Source: a bacterium
GTDB lineage: Bacteria; Desulfobacterota; DSWW01
DNA length: 57,853 bases
Direction of reading: 5' to 3'
NCBI GenBank assembly: GCA_040756235.1
Contig: JBFLZG010000005.1
Coordinates: 37,997-95,849 of the forward strand
Below, piece by piece: positions 38,178 to 47,318 of the stretch. Each line of letters opens with the position of its first letter. Position 1 is the stretch's first letter. The notes below the pieces were generated by a model. The model searched no databases, had not been told where the DNA came from, and worked only from the letters and a program-made list of their open reading frames with translations. Position numbers and translations under genes: made by a program.

Positions 38178-38721
38178 ATCGGAATCCTCGTTCGAAGGCG
38201 GTGCTGTTCAGCTCTTCGGTCCCTTTGGGCACGGCGGAGAGGATCGCCTTTTTCAGGGGTTCGTACCCGGCCACGGCGCTAACGGACGACAGGTAACCCA
38301 GCATGACGATGTTGGCGACCATCCTGCGTCCGAGCTCTTCGGCCATGCGGGTGGCAGGGACCGCATAGAGCATCGCAGCACTGCCCGCCAGATCGTCGGT
38401 CCTCACCAGGTCCTCGTCCACGATGACCATGGTGTCCGGGCCGGCCGTGCCGCCGTGAGTCGTTTTGGCGTCTTCGGACATGAGGACCAGCACGTCCGGA
38501 CGGGTGACCTTCGGGTAATGGATCGGCTCGTCGGAGATGACCACGTCCGCGTTGCATGCGCCTCCGCGGGCTTCCGGGCCGTAGCTCTGGGTGAAGACCG
38601 CGTTCCTGCCTTCGAACAGGGCGACCGCCTTTCCCAGGATGTTGCCGGCCAGGATGATTCCCTGGCCGCCGAACCCGGACAGCCGCACCTCGATTCGCCT
38701 GGTCTCTTCTGTCGCCGGCAT
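38146..38721 (-). CDS. 2-oxoacid:ferredoxin oxidoreductase gamma subunit
   Basis: GFGGQGIILAG, QSYGPEARGG, ANIVMLG; start trimmed to exclude MITE-derived extension. Confidence 0.93.
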   Translation of the reverse strand: MPATEETRRIEVRLSGFGGQGIILAGNILGKAVALFEGRNAVFTQSYGPEARGGACNADVVISDEPIHYPKVTRPDVLVLMSEDAKTTHGGTAGPDTMVIVDEDLVRTDDLAGSAAMLYAVPATRMAEELGRRMVANIVMLGYLSSVSAVAGYEPLKKAILSAVPKGTEELNSTAFERGFRYGEEAKNRRT

Positions 38722-38763
38722 GAGCGCTTTCCTGTGATTGCATGCCTCCCCTTCTCCCCTTCG

Positions 38764-38890
38764 AGAGGCTGTCGATAAATACCCATCTGCGGCGTTGCGC
38801 TCATCCTTCGTCACTGCGGCGTACTTCCATGTACGCCTCATTCCTCAGGATTTCGCGCGCCTTGCATCTGGGCATTTCTCACCAGCCTCT
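38764..38890 (+). mobile_element. MITE family A copy 3 (minimal, no cargo)
   Basis: TIRs AGAGGCTGTCGATAAAT / ATTTCTCACCAGCCTCT (14/17); followed by hairpin GAGGGTGT...ACACCCTC. Confidence 0.8.
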
Positions 38891-38915
38891 CCGGAGGGTG
38901 TTTTTCGACACCCTC

Positions 38916-39009
38916 TCGAGGGGAGAAGGTCGGGATGAGGGGTGAATCTGCGCCTGTTTCCCCCTCACCCTGGCCCTCTCCCCCGAGCACGGGGGAGAGG
39001 GGATTCATT
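38916..39009 (-). repeat. Repeat family C copy 2 (94 bp)
   Basis: Inverted near-identical copy of 19183-19276. Confidence 0.85.
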
Positions 39010-39061
39010 TTTCGGCACCCTCTGCGCCGGGGGAGAGGGATCTCATTGCGATGCCTATGTG

Positions 39062-39961
39062 CTATTCGTTCCCCCCCTGGGCCTTGGACAGGACGTCCTC
39101 CCGGTATCTTTCGAGGAAGGTCCCTTTCTCCCGGTCGACGAACTCGCCCACCACGATCGGCCCCTTGAACTCCAGGGGAGCCTCGAGCGGATCGATCCGA
39201 TTGCGGATCACGCTGTGATCCCTGTAGAACTTCATCTGATCGAGGCCCGTGCCGAGCTTGTTGGGCCGCGCGTAGCCCGTAGGGCAGGGGCTGATGATCT
39301 CGATGAACTTGAACCCCTTCTTCTCGAACGCCCGCTTGATCGAATCGATGAGATAGCGCGCGTGGAAGGTCGTCCAACGGGCCACGTAGACGGCGCCGCT
39401 CGCATAGGCGAGGTGCGTGAGATTGAACGGATACTCGCAGTTGCCGTAAGGCGTGGTGCTGGTCTTGGCCTGCATGTGGGTGGTCGGCCCGAACTGGCCG
39501 CCGGTCATGCCGTAGTTGAAGTTGTTCACGCACAGCACGACCAGATCCATGTTCCTGCGAGCGCCGTGGATGAAGTGATTGCCGCCGATGGCGAACAGGT
39601 CGCCGTCGCCGCTGAAGACCACGACCTCCATGTCCGGTTTGGAGAGCTTCAATCCCGTCGCGAACGGGATGGCCCGGCCATGGGTCGTGTGATAAGTATC
39701 CATGTTCAGATAGCCGGCGACCCGGCCCGTGCACCCGATCCCGGACACCACGGCGCACCGGTCGATCGGGATCTGGAGACCGTCCACGGCTTTGATGAAG
39801 GCGGTGAGCACGACCCCCAGGCCGCAGCCCGGGCACCAGATATGAGGGATCCGGCCCGGCTTGAGGTAGCGGTCGTCCGGGTGGAGGCCGTGGGACTTGT
39901 CGATCCTCTCCCGCGCTTCCGCCGGATGAAAGGCTGTCGGATTCCACACCTTGGTTCGCAT
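39062..39961 (-). CDS. 2-oxoacid:ferredoxin oxidoreductase beta (TPP-binding) subunit
   Basis: WCPGCG, SGIGC, HTTHGRA, GDGD...IGGNH, NNFNYGMTGGQ, SPCPT. Confidence 0.95.
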   Translation of the reverse strand: MRTKVWNPTAFHPAEARERIDKSHGLHPDDRYLKPGRIPHIWCPGCGLGVVLTAFIKAVDGLQIPIDRCAVVSGIGCTGRVAGYLNMDTYHTTHGRAIPFATGLKLSKPDMEVVVFSGDGDLFAIGGNHFIHGARRNMDLVVLCVNNFNYGMTGGQFGPTTHMQAKTSTTPYGNCEYPFNLTHLAYASGAVYVARWTTFHARYLIDSIKRAFEKKGFKFIEIISPCPTGYARPNKLGTGLDQMKFYRDHSVIRNRIDPLEAPLEFKGPIVVGEFVDREKGTFLERYREDVLSKAQGGNE

Positions 39962-41118
39962 CAGGTCTTCCTTGCCTCCTCGATGACCTCCAGGATCATC
40001 TCCGGCGTGTGGATGGCTCCTCCCATGCGCGCCGCCAGGATGACCTCGCGGCCTTCGGCGCAGCGTTCGACCTCGTGCGCGATCTGGCCGTAGTTGATCT
40101 CCGGGACGATGAAGGTCCTGACGCCGGCCCGGGCAAGGTCCCGGATCCTGGCGTCCGGGAAGGGCCACAACGTGACGAGTCGAAGAAGTCCGACCTCTGT
40201 CCCGCTGCGCCGCGCCGCCCGGACCGCCTCCCTGGCGCTCCTGGCCGAGCACCCGTACGCGACCACGACGACCGCGGCTCCGTGCGTGTCGATCTCGTCG
40301 ATCTGAACGATCTCCTCCGCGTGCAGGCGGATCTTGTCGCACAGCCTGCGGATGAGCCTCTCCTGGGCGTCGGCCGTGATGACAGGATACCCCTGCTCGT
40401 CATGGGTGAGCCCGGTCACGTGGATGCGATATCCCTCTCCCGCGCAGGCCATGGGCGGGACGAGATCCTTGCCGGCCAGGAAAGGAAAGAAATCCTGAGG
40501 ACCCTTTTTCGGTTTCGGCCGCTTCACGAGCTTGATGGCGCTGCGGGCAGGGATCACCACCTTTTCGTACATGTGGCCGACCATCTCGTCGCTCAAAATG
40601 AAAACCGGCAGCCGGTATTTCTCGGAAAGGTTGAACGCCCGGATGGTGAGGTCGAAAGCCTCCTGGGGGGAGGACGGGCTCAAGGCGATCACCCCGTAGT
40701 CGCCATGAGAGCCCCAGCGCGCCTGCATCACGTCGGCCTGGCCCACCAGGGTCGGAAGACCCGTGGAGGGGCCTCCGCGCATGATGTCGACCACCACGCA
40801 GGGGGTCTCCATCATCATGCCGAGCCCGATGTTCTCCATCATCAGGGAGAAGCCGGGTCCCGAGGTCGCGGTCATGGACTTGTTGCCTCCCCAGGAGGCG
40901 CCCAGGATGGCCGCCATGGAGGCGATCTCGTCCTCCATCTGGATGTAGACTCCGGAGACCTCGGGCATCCTGCGCGACATCCTCTCGGCGATCTCCGTGG
41001 CCGGCGTGATCGGGTAGCCGGCGAAGAACCGGCACCCGGCCGCGATGGCTCCTTCGGCGCACGCTTCGTCGCCGTTCCAGAAGTGCTCGCCCGTAAGGAC
41101 TTCTCTATCGTTGCTCAC
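39961..41118 (-). CDS. 2-oxoacid:ferredoxin oxidoreductase alpha subunit
   Basis: GYPITPATE, QMEDEIA, ATSGPGFSLM, RGGPSTGLPT; GTG start. Confidence 0.95.
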   Translation of the reverse strand: MSNDREVLTGEHFWNGDEACAEGAIAAGCRFFAGYPITPATEIAERMSRRMPEVSGVYIQMEDEIASMAAILGASWGGNKSMTATSGPGFSLMMENIGLGMMMETPCVVVDIMRGGPSTGLPTLVGQADVMQARWGSHGDYGVIALSPSSPQEAFDLTIRAFNLSEKYRLPVFILSDEMVGHMYEKVVIPARSAIKLVKRPKPKKGPQDFFPFLAGKDLVPPMACAGEGYRIHVTGLTHDEQGYPVITADAQERLIRRLCDKIRLHAEEIVQIDEIDTHGAAVVVVAYGCSARSAREAVRAARRSGTEVGLLRLVTLWPFPDARIRDLARAGVRTFIVPEINYGQIAHEVERCAEGREVILAARMGGAIHTPEMILEVIEEARKT

Positions 41119-41437
41119 CGTCGTCCCCGGATGAAGAGATTACGTCGTAACGCAGGAGATCCCCTTTCGTGAAGCAGCGCTTGTGCCGGATCCTGCCGTA
41201 GATGGCGAACTCCGGGCAGATGACCTCGCAGATCCCGCAGTTGTTGCACTCGATCTCGGGTTTCATCAGGGGCGGGTGGTAGCCCTTGCTGTTGAAATCC
41301 CTGGAAGCCTCCAGGACCCGGTTGGGGCAGAACTCGATGCAGAAATTGCAGCCCTTGCATCGCTCCGCGATGATGACGAGCTCGCCGACCGGGATGACCT
41401 GATTCTCGGCATCGAGCGGCAGACGCCAGAACTTCAT
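41105..41437 (-). CDS. 2-oxoacid:ferredoxin oxidoreductase delta (2x4Fe-4S) subunit
   Basis: CKGCNFCIEFCP...KGYHPP...CNNCGICEVICPEFAI. Confidence 0.92.
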   Translation of the reverse strand: MKFWRLPLDAENQVIPVGELVIIAERCKGCNFCIEFCPNRVLEASRDFNSKGYHPPLMKPEIECNNCGICEVICPEFAIYGRIRHKRCFTKGDLLRYDVISSSGDDGEQR

Positions 41438-41553
41438 GGAGCGCCTCATCGATCATATGGACGGAAGTGAAGCGGTCGCGAATGGCCGGAGGACCAGCAC
41501 TGCAGGCGTGACTCTCGAGAGACACAAAACGCAGCAGGCGGATCAGGTCGAAT

Positions 41554-41582
41554 ATTATAGGTGGGCAAGGCAACGGATTCAA
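41554..41582 (-). promoter_or_regulatory. Sigma70 promoter for the kor-hdr operon
   Basis: Minus strand TTGAAT, 17 bp spacer, TATAAT, about 117 bp before the korD ATG. Confidence 0.75.
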
Positions 41583-41726
41583 TACGGCCAGGCAGCTCTT
41601 CCGTAAGGGCGGCCGGCCGGTCGCCCCTGCTGGAAAAAGAGCCTTTGATTGTGTTAGGAGCGAGTGAGTCGAAACTCCGTGGATGGCCATGGACCCTCGA
41701 GCTCTCTCGAGAAAGGGAAGGTGCGA

Positions 41727-42668
41727 ATGAAGTTTCCACAACAGACGGACGGCGCCATGAGGACACCCGCGACCCCGCTGGACGCTGCCACCGTCATCCT
41801 GGTACGGGAATCGGCGCGGGGGCCGTATGAGGTCCTCCTCATGCGGCGCCACAGGAAACAGGACTTCATGGGAGGCGCCTACGTATTTCCGGGCGGCAGA
41901 CTGGAGGAGGCGGACTGCGACCCGGCCCTGGCTGCCTGGGCCGGAGGCGTTGAGGCTGCAGCATGGAAGCGGCGCCTCCAGGAATCCGAAATCGCAGAGC
42001 AGGCGGCTCTCGGGCTCTTTTTCGCGGCCCTGCGGGAGACCTTTGAAGAGGCGGGCGTGCTGCTGGCCTACGGGTCTTCGGGCGAGATCCTGGACCTGAG
42101 AGACGGAGACACGGCGGGCCGGTTCGCCGGCTATCGCCTCCAGCTCATGGAAGGCAAGTTGTCCCTGGGGGAGCTTGCACTACGGGAGAACCTGGTCTAT
42201 GCCCTGGACCTACTGTGCCCTTACTCCCACTGGATCACACCGGAGATCGAGCCCAGGCGGTTCGACACGCGCTTCTTCCTGGCCCGTCATCCCAGAGGCC
42301 AGCTGCCGATCCACGATACCATCGAGATGACCCGATCGGCCTGGATGACTCCGGCCGCCGCCCTCGGGCAATCGGAGGCCGGCAACATCCTGCTCATGCC
42401 GCCCACTCTGAAGACCCTCGACGAGCTGAGCCGCTTCGGCACTGCCGACGAGCTCTTCACCCATGCCGGCCGCAAGCGGATCGACGTCTACCTGCCCGAG
42501 GCGTTTGCCTGCGACGACGGTTACGGGATCCGGCTCCCCTATGATCCGGACTACGCGATCGCCCGCTACAAGCTGCCGGAGCGGTCCGGCGAGCCGTCGC
42601 GCATCCTGATGAAGGACGGCCGCTGGAACATGATTGTGAAGGTCGCTGGACTTCTGTCTGGCGCCTGA
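41727..42668 (+). CDS. NUDIX hydrolase with split Nudix box (NUDT19-like, possible acyl-CoA diphosphatase)
   Basis: AATVILVR, YVFPGG..EEAD [insertion] ALRETFEEAG, HWITP...RRFDTRFF, LMPPT. Confidence 0.85.
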   Translation: MKFPQQTDGAMRTPATPLDAATVILVRESARGPYEVLLMRRHRKQDFMGGAYVFPGGRLEEADCDPALAAWAGGVEAAAWKRRLQESEIAEQAALGLFFAALRETFEEAGVLLAYGSSGEILDLRDGDTAGRFAGYRLQLMEGKLSLGELALRENLVYALDLLCPYSHWITPEIEPRRFDTRFFLARHPRGQLPIHDTIEMTRSAWMTPAAALGQSEAGNILLMPPTLKTLDELSRFGTADELFTHAGRKRIDVYLPEAFACDDGYGIRLPYDPDYAIARYKLPERSGEPSRILMKDGRWNMIVKVAGLLSGA

Positions 42669-42936
42669 TTGACCCATATCCTCTTGCAGAGAAAGTATTT
42701 CGTACGGCTAGTTATCGTAATGTGTTAAAGTAATCTATCCATTCTCGAACGAGTCGCCCCCGCCCGCCGAACGACTGCCTCCGGGCGGCTCTGTACCCGC
42801 GGCGTCCACGGGCTCGAGGAGCTCCCCCGCAAGCGGCTCCGGGAAGTGCTGCTTCCGAATCCCGGTTTCATATAGTAGACTCCAAGAAAGCATGGCCGCA
42901 GCTCAGGTGTGCGTTCAGCTCGGGCAGGAGGAAGAC

Positions 42937-43458
42937 ATGGAAGGATGGACCGAGGAAGAAATCCGCAACAGGAACCTGATGGCGCCCTGCGGGCTCTACT
43001 GCGGAGTCTGCGGGGTCTACATCGCCACTCGAGACAAGAACGAGAAGTTCCGGACCGTGATGGGCAATCTGTACGGGACCAAGCCCGAGGAGACGCAGTG
43101 CGTCGGCTGCATGCAGCCCGATCCTCCGAACATGCTCTACGGCTACTGCAGGCTCTGCGGCATCCGGGATTGCGTCAGAGGCAAGGGGCTTTACTCGTGC
43201 CATCAGTGTCCGGACTGGCCGTGCAGCCGGATCGACGCCTTCGGCCTGGCGACCGGCGTGCGGGTGATGAAGAGGACCATACCCGTGTGGCGCGCCAGGG
43301 TCGCCGAGCTGGGTGACGAGGAGGGAAGCGCCCAGTGGGCGCGGGAAGAATGTGAGCGCTATCACTGCCCTTCCTGCGGAAAGCCGCTGTTCAGGGGCGC
43401 ACAGCGCTGCCGGGCCTGCAAGGAACCTGTGGCGGACAAGCTCGACGGAAGCCTCTGA
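42937..43458 (+). CDS. DUF3795-like Cys-rich protein with C-terminal zinc ribbon
   Basis: APCGLYCGVC...CVGC...CGIRDC...CHQCPDWPC...CPSCG...CRAC; SD AGGAGG. Confidence 0.8.
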   Translation: MEGWTEEEIRNRNLMAPCGLYCGVCGVYIATRDKNEKFRTVMGNLYGTKPEETQCVGCMQPDPPNMLYGYCRLCGIRDCVRGKGLYSCHQCPDWPCSRIDAFGLATGVRVMKRTIPVWRARVAELGDEEGSAQWAREECERYHCPSCGKPLFRGAQRCRACKEPVADKLDGSL

Positions 43459-43460
43459 GA

Positions 43461-43660
43461 AGGCTGTCCATAGACGCCCATCTGCGGAGCCTGTTGCGAG
43501 CGAAGCGAAGTCGGAGATTGCGAGGCCTTGCGAAGCAACCTCCCTGCACAGAGCGCTGGGGCGGTGAGTGGTAATCGGAGGTTTCCTCGTCGCTCACGCT
43601 CCTCGGAACAGGCCTCAGGATCGCGCGCGCGCCTTGCATCTGGGCATTTCTGAACAGCCT
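43461..43660 (+). mobile_element. MITE family A copy 4, carrying a family D insert
   Basis: Ends AGGCTGTCCATAGACGCCCATCTGC / GCATCTGGGCATTTCTGAACAGCCT; interior CCTGTTGCGAG...CTCGGAACAGG. Confidence 0.75.
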
Positions 43661-43755
43661 CCCGGGGCGGTTTTGAAGAGAGTCTTGTCAGGAGTTGAAG
43701 TGGTATCTTCGATCCCGGTCTAGGCGGGGAGCTGCTTACCGGAGCGAGCAATGAG

Positions 43756-45705
43756 ATGAATGTCATTCGCAAGGACAACGAGGCCGTTCGACGGGGCGTC
43801 ACGCTCCTGACGGACCACGACATCTACCTGCTCAAGGAAGGCAGCCATTTCAAGCTCTACGAGAAGCTCGGCTCCCGAATCCTGAAATCGGAGGGCCCGG
43901 AGGGCGCCTACTTTGCCGTCTGGGCGCCCAACGCGGAAGCGGTCTCGGTCATGGGCGACTTCAACTCATGGGACCGAGACTCCCATCCGCTGCGCGTCAG
44001 AGGCGACGGATCCGGGGTGTGGGAAGGGTTCGTCCCGGATCTGATCCACGGGACCGTTTACAAATATCACGTCCGTTCGAAGTACGGCGGCTACCGAGCG
44101 GACAAGGGCGATCCCTTTGCCTTCCGCTGGGAGTGCCCGCCCAGGACGGCCTCGCTCGTCTGGGACCTCCGCTACGAGTGGGGGGATGGCAATTGGATGC
44201 AGGGCCGGTCTGCGCGTAACGCGCTTGGCGCCCCGTTTTCCATTTACGAGGTTCACCTGGGCTCCTGGCGAAGGGTGCCCGAAGAGGGAAACCGGTTCCT
44301 GACTTACAGGGAGCTGGCCGGCCAGCTGTGCGACTACGTCAGGGAGATGGGGTTCACCCACGTGGAATTCCTGCCGGTCATGGAGCACCCCTTCTACGGA
44401 TCCTGGGGGTATCAGACGACCGGGTATTTTGCTCCCACGAGCCGCTACGGGAGCCCCCAGGATTTCATGTACCTGATCGATCGGCTGCACCAGTGCGGCA
44501 TTGGCGTGATCCTGGACTGGGTGCCCTCCCATTTCCCGACCGACGGCCACGGGCCGGTCTACTTCGACGGCACGCAGCTCTACGAGCACGCGGACCCGAG
44601 GAAGGGCTACCACCCGGAGTGGAACAGCTGCATCTTCAACCACGGCCGCAACGAGGTGAGATCGTTCCTCATCAGCAGCGCGCTCTTCTGGCTCGAGAAG
44701 TACCACGTCGACGGCCTCCGGGTGGACGCGGTGGCCTCGATGCTCTATCTGGACTATGCGCGAAAAGAGGGCGAGTGGATCCCGAACATGTACGGCGGGA
44801 ACGAGAGTCTGGAGGCGATCTCCTTCCTCAAGAGGCTGAACGAGGCCGTGTACGGCGAGTATCCCGACGTGCAGACGATGGCCGAGGAATCCACGGCATG
44901 GCCCATGGTCTCCAGGCCGACCCACCTCGGAGGGCTCGGCTTCGGCCTGAAGTGGAACATGGGGTGGATGCACGACACGCTGAAATATTTCTCGGAGGAC
45001 CCGATTCACCGCAAGTACCACCAGAATCAGCTCACCTTCAGCATCTGGTACGCCTTTTTCGAGAACTTCGTTCTGCCTTTGTCGCATGACGAGGTGGTGC
45101 ACGGCAAAGGCGCGCTCGTCGGCAAGATGCCCGGAGACGAGTGGCAGAAGTCGGCCAACCTGCGCCTCCTGTACGGATACATGTACGGCCATCCGGGGAA
45201 GAAGCTCCTGTTCATGGGAGCTGAGCTGGCCCAGTGGAGAGAGTGGAGCCATGAGGAGAGCCTGGAGTGGCATGGGCTCGAGTACCCCTCCCATCAGGGG
45301 GTCCACCGTTGGGTCCGGGACTTGAACCGCCTGTACCGGACCGAGCCGGCTCTCTACGACCTCGATTTCGCGATGGACGGCTTCGAGTGGGTCGATTTCT
45401 GCGACTGGGAGTCCAGCATTATCAGCTTCCTGAGAAAGGGCAAGAGCAAGCGGGACCTCGTCCTCGTCGTCTGCAACTTCACGCCGGTGCCGAGAGAGCG
45501 GTACCGGGTGGGCGTGCCGCGGGCGGGTTTCTGGCGGGAGCTGCTCAACAGCGACTCGGACGTGTACGGGGGCAGTAACGTCGGCAATGCCGGCGGCGTG
45601 CTCACCGAGCCGCTCGAGTCCCACGGCAGACCCTGCTCCGTGGTGCTCGAGCTGCCCCCGCTGGGGGTCCTGTTCCTCAAGAGCGCTGGCCCGGTCGAAG
45701 ACTAA
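43756..45705 (+). CDS. glgB: 1,4-alpha-glucan branching enzyme (short N-terminus form)
   Basis: [49 protein letters not shown]. Confidence 0.96.
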   Translation: MNVIRKDNEAVRRGVTLLTDHDIYLLKEGSHFKLYEKLGSRILKSEGPEGAYFAVWAPNAEAVSVMGDFNSWDRDSHPLRVRGDGSGVWEGFVPDLIHGTVYKYHVRSKYGGYRADKGDPFAFRWECPPRTASLVWDLRYEWGDGNWMQGRSARNALGAPFSIYEVHLGSWRRVPEEGNRFLTYRELAGQLCDYVREMGFTHVEFLPVMEHPFYGSWGYQTTGYFAPTSRYGSPQDFMYLIDRLHQCGIGVILDWVPSHFPTDGHGPVYFDGTQLYEHADPRKGYHPEWNSCIFNHGRNEVRSFLISSALFWLEKYHVDGLRVDAVASMLYLDYARKEGEWIPNMYGGNESLEAISFLKRLNEAVYGEYPDVQTMAEESTAWPMVSRPTHLGGLGFGLKWNMGWMHDTLKYFSEDPIHRKYHQNQLTFSIWYAFFENFVLPLSHDEVVHGKGALVGKMPGDEWQKSANLRLLYGYMYGHPGKKLLFMGAELAQWREWSHEESLEWHGLEYPSHQGVHRWVRDLNRLYRTEPALYDLDFAMDGFEWVDFCDWESSIISFLRKGKSKRDLVLVVCNFTPVPRERYRVGVPRAGFWRELLNSDSDVYGGSNVGNAGGVLTEPLESHGRPCSVVLELPPLGVLFLKSAGPVED

Positions 45706-45742
45706 TACCGGCGCGCTGGCAGGTGTTACGCTCTGCTGCGCC

Positions 45743-45842
45743 CCCCTCACCCTGGCCCTCTCCCCCTAAGGGGGGCGAGGGTAGAGTTCGGTCGGCTCTT
45801 TCCTCTCCCCTCGCTGAGGGGAGAGGATCGAGGTGAGGGGTG
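45743..45842. repeat. Repeat family C-type REP composite
   Basis: CCCCTCACCCTGGCCCTCTCCCCC...GGGGGGCGAGGG and CCTCTCCCCTC...GAGGGGAGAGG...GGTGAGGGG between convergent glgB and ACAD. Confidence 0.7.
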
Positions 45843-45966
45843 ACGATATCAAATGCGTCTGCATGAGACCGGACTGAGCACATGTCGGCGTAAGTACGCC
45901 AACGCACGCTCTGGTGACCGGAGCGGGTCGCCACGGGATCGAGGATCAGGAGCCCCACCGGCGGGG

Positions 45967-47124
45967 TCAGAGGCTTTCCAGCAGCTCCTCGATGTTCTCC
46001 GCGATGATCTTGCGCTGCACCTCCGGCGCACCCTCCCCGATCATCGCCAGCTTGGCGTCCAGCGGGTATTCCGAAACCGGGTGCTGCTCGAGCACGCCCC
46101 GGGCGCCGAACAGCTCCGTGGCCCAGTGCGCTGTCCTCAGGGCTTCTTCGGTGGCAAAGAGTTTGGCCATGGAGGCGTGGAACCGGAACGGGCGGCCGGC
46201 GTCCCGCAGGAAGGCGGCCTTCTGGATCAGGAGCCACGCGGCCTGCAGCCTCGCCAGGTGCTCGGCGAATTCGTTGCGCTTGGATTCATGCTCGAGCAGG
46301 GTCCTGCCGAACGCCTTGCGGCTCGAGGCATGCCGGAAGGCCATCCGGTAGGCGCCCAGCGCGGTCCCGAAGGCCAGGGCGGAAATGCCGATGCGGCTCG
46401 AGTTGAAGACTTCCATGGTCTGGTAGAACCCTCTGCCCGGCTCACCGACGAGGCCGTCCTCCGGGAGGGAAAGGTCGCGGAAGGCCAGGGTGGAGAGGTG
46501 GGAAGGTTTCCAGCCGTGCTTTTCGATCCGCTTGCGGACGAGCCCGTCGGCCTCTCCGTGCACGACGAACATGGAGATCCGAGCATGGGGCTTGTCGGCC
46601 TCGGGGCGGCTGACCGCGGTCAGCACGATGTGGTCCGCGATGTCGCCGTTCGTGATGTAGGCCTTGGCGCCGTTCAGTACGAGCCCGTCTCCCTTCCTTT
46701 CCGCCCGGAGTGAGATCGCGGCCGCGTCCGAGCCTGCGCCCGGCTCGGTGTTGGCGAAAGCCAGGATCTTCTGTCCCTCGAGCCCCGGCACCAGCAAGGC
46801 GGACCTCTGCGGCTCGCTGCCGAACGAGCAGAGCGCCTGCAGACCGAGCTGCGCGTGCGCGAAGGCCGCGATCGCCAGGCCTCCGGAGAACTGGGCCGCC
46901 TCGCTGTAGAAATGGACGTTCAGGAGCCACGGAATCGGACGGACGGCGCCGTCTCCCTCGGCCCGGAACCCGAGGAGGCCTTCCTCGCCCAGGATCTCGA
47001 ACATGCGGGCCGGGGTGGTGTTGGCGGCCTTCCATTGGGGATACTCGGGCGAGATCCTCCTCTCCAGCACGTCGCGCACCTGTTTGCCGAACGCCTTCGC
47101 TTCGGGGGAGCAGTCGAAATCCAT
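45967..47124 (-). CDS. Acyl-CoA dehydrogenase family protein (divergent)
   Basis: AFANTEPGAGSD, NGAKAYITNG, RKAFG, SMAKLF, IGEGAPEVQR; SD GAGG. Confidence 0.9.
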   Translation of the reverse strand: MDFDCSPEAKAFGKQVRDVLERRISPEYPQWKAANTTPARMFEILGEEGLLGFRAEGDGAVRPIPWLLNVHFYSEAAQFSGGLAIAAFAHAQLGLQALCSFGSEPQRSALLVPGLEGQKILAFANTEPGAGSDAAAISLRAERKGDGLVLNGAKAYITNGDIADHIVLTAVSRPEADKPHARISMFVVHGEADGLVRKRIEKHGWKPSHLSTLAFRDLSLPEDGLVGEPGRGFYQTMEVFNSSRIGISALAFGTALGAYRMAFRHASSRKAFGRTLLEHESKRNEFAEHLARLQAAWLLIQKAAFLRDAGRPFRFHASMAKLFATEEALRTAHWATELFGARGVLEQHPVSEYPLDAKLAMIGEGAPEVQRKIIAENIEELLESL

Positions 47125-47318
47125 GGTGGGTACCTCGTTTCGGGCTGTCAGCCGGCCCGGCGGCAGGACCGGATCACGGGAGCACGCTGCAGCGTGAGCA
47201 TGCCGTCGCACTTTGGATGAGCAGCGTGACCGCGCCGTTGCCGCCGGCCCGAAAACCCTGGCGCTCCTGCGAGGCAGCTCCTGACGGGGGGGAGGAGAAG
47301 AAGCTCTTGCGTTACGGA

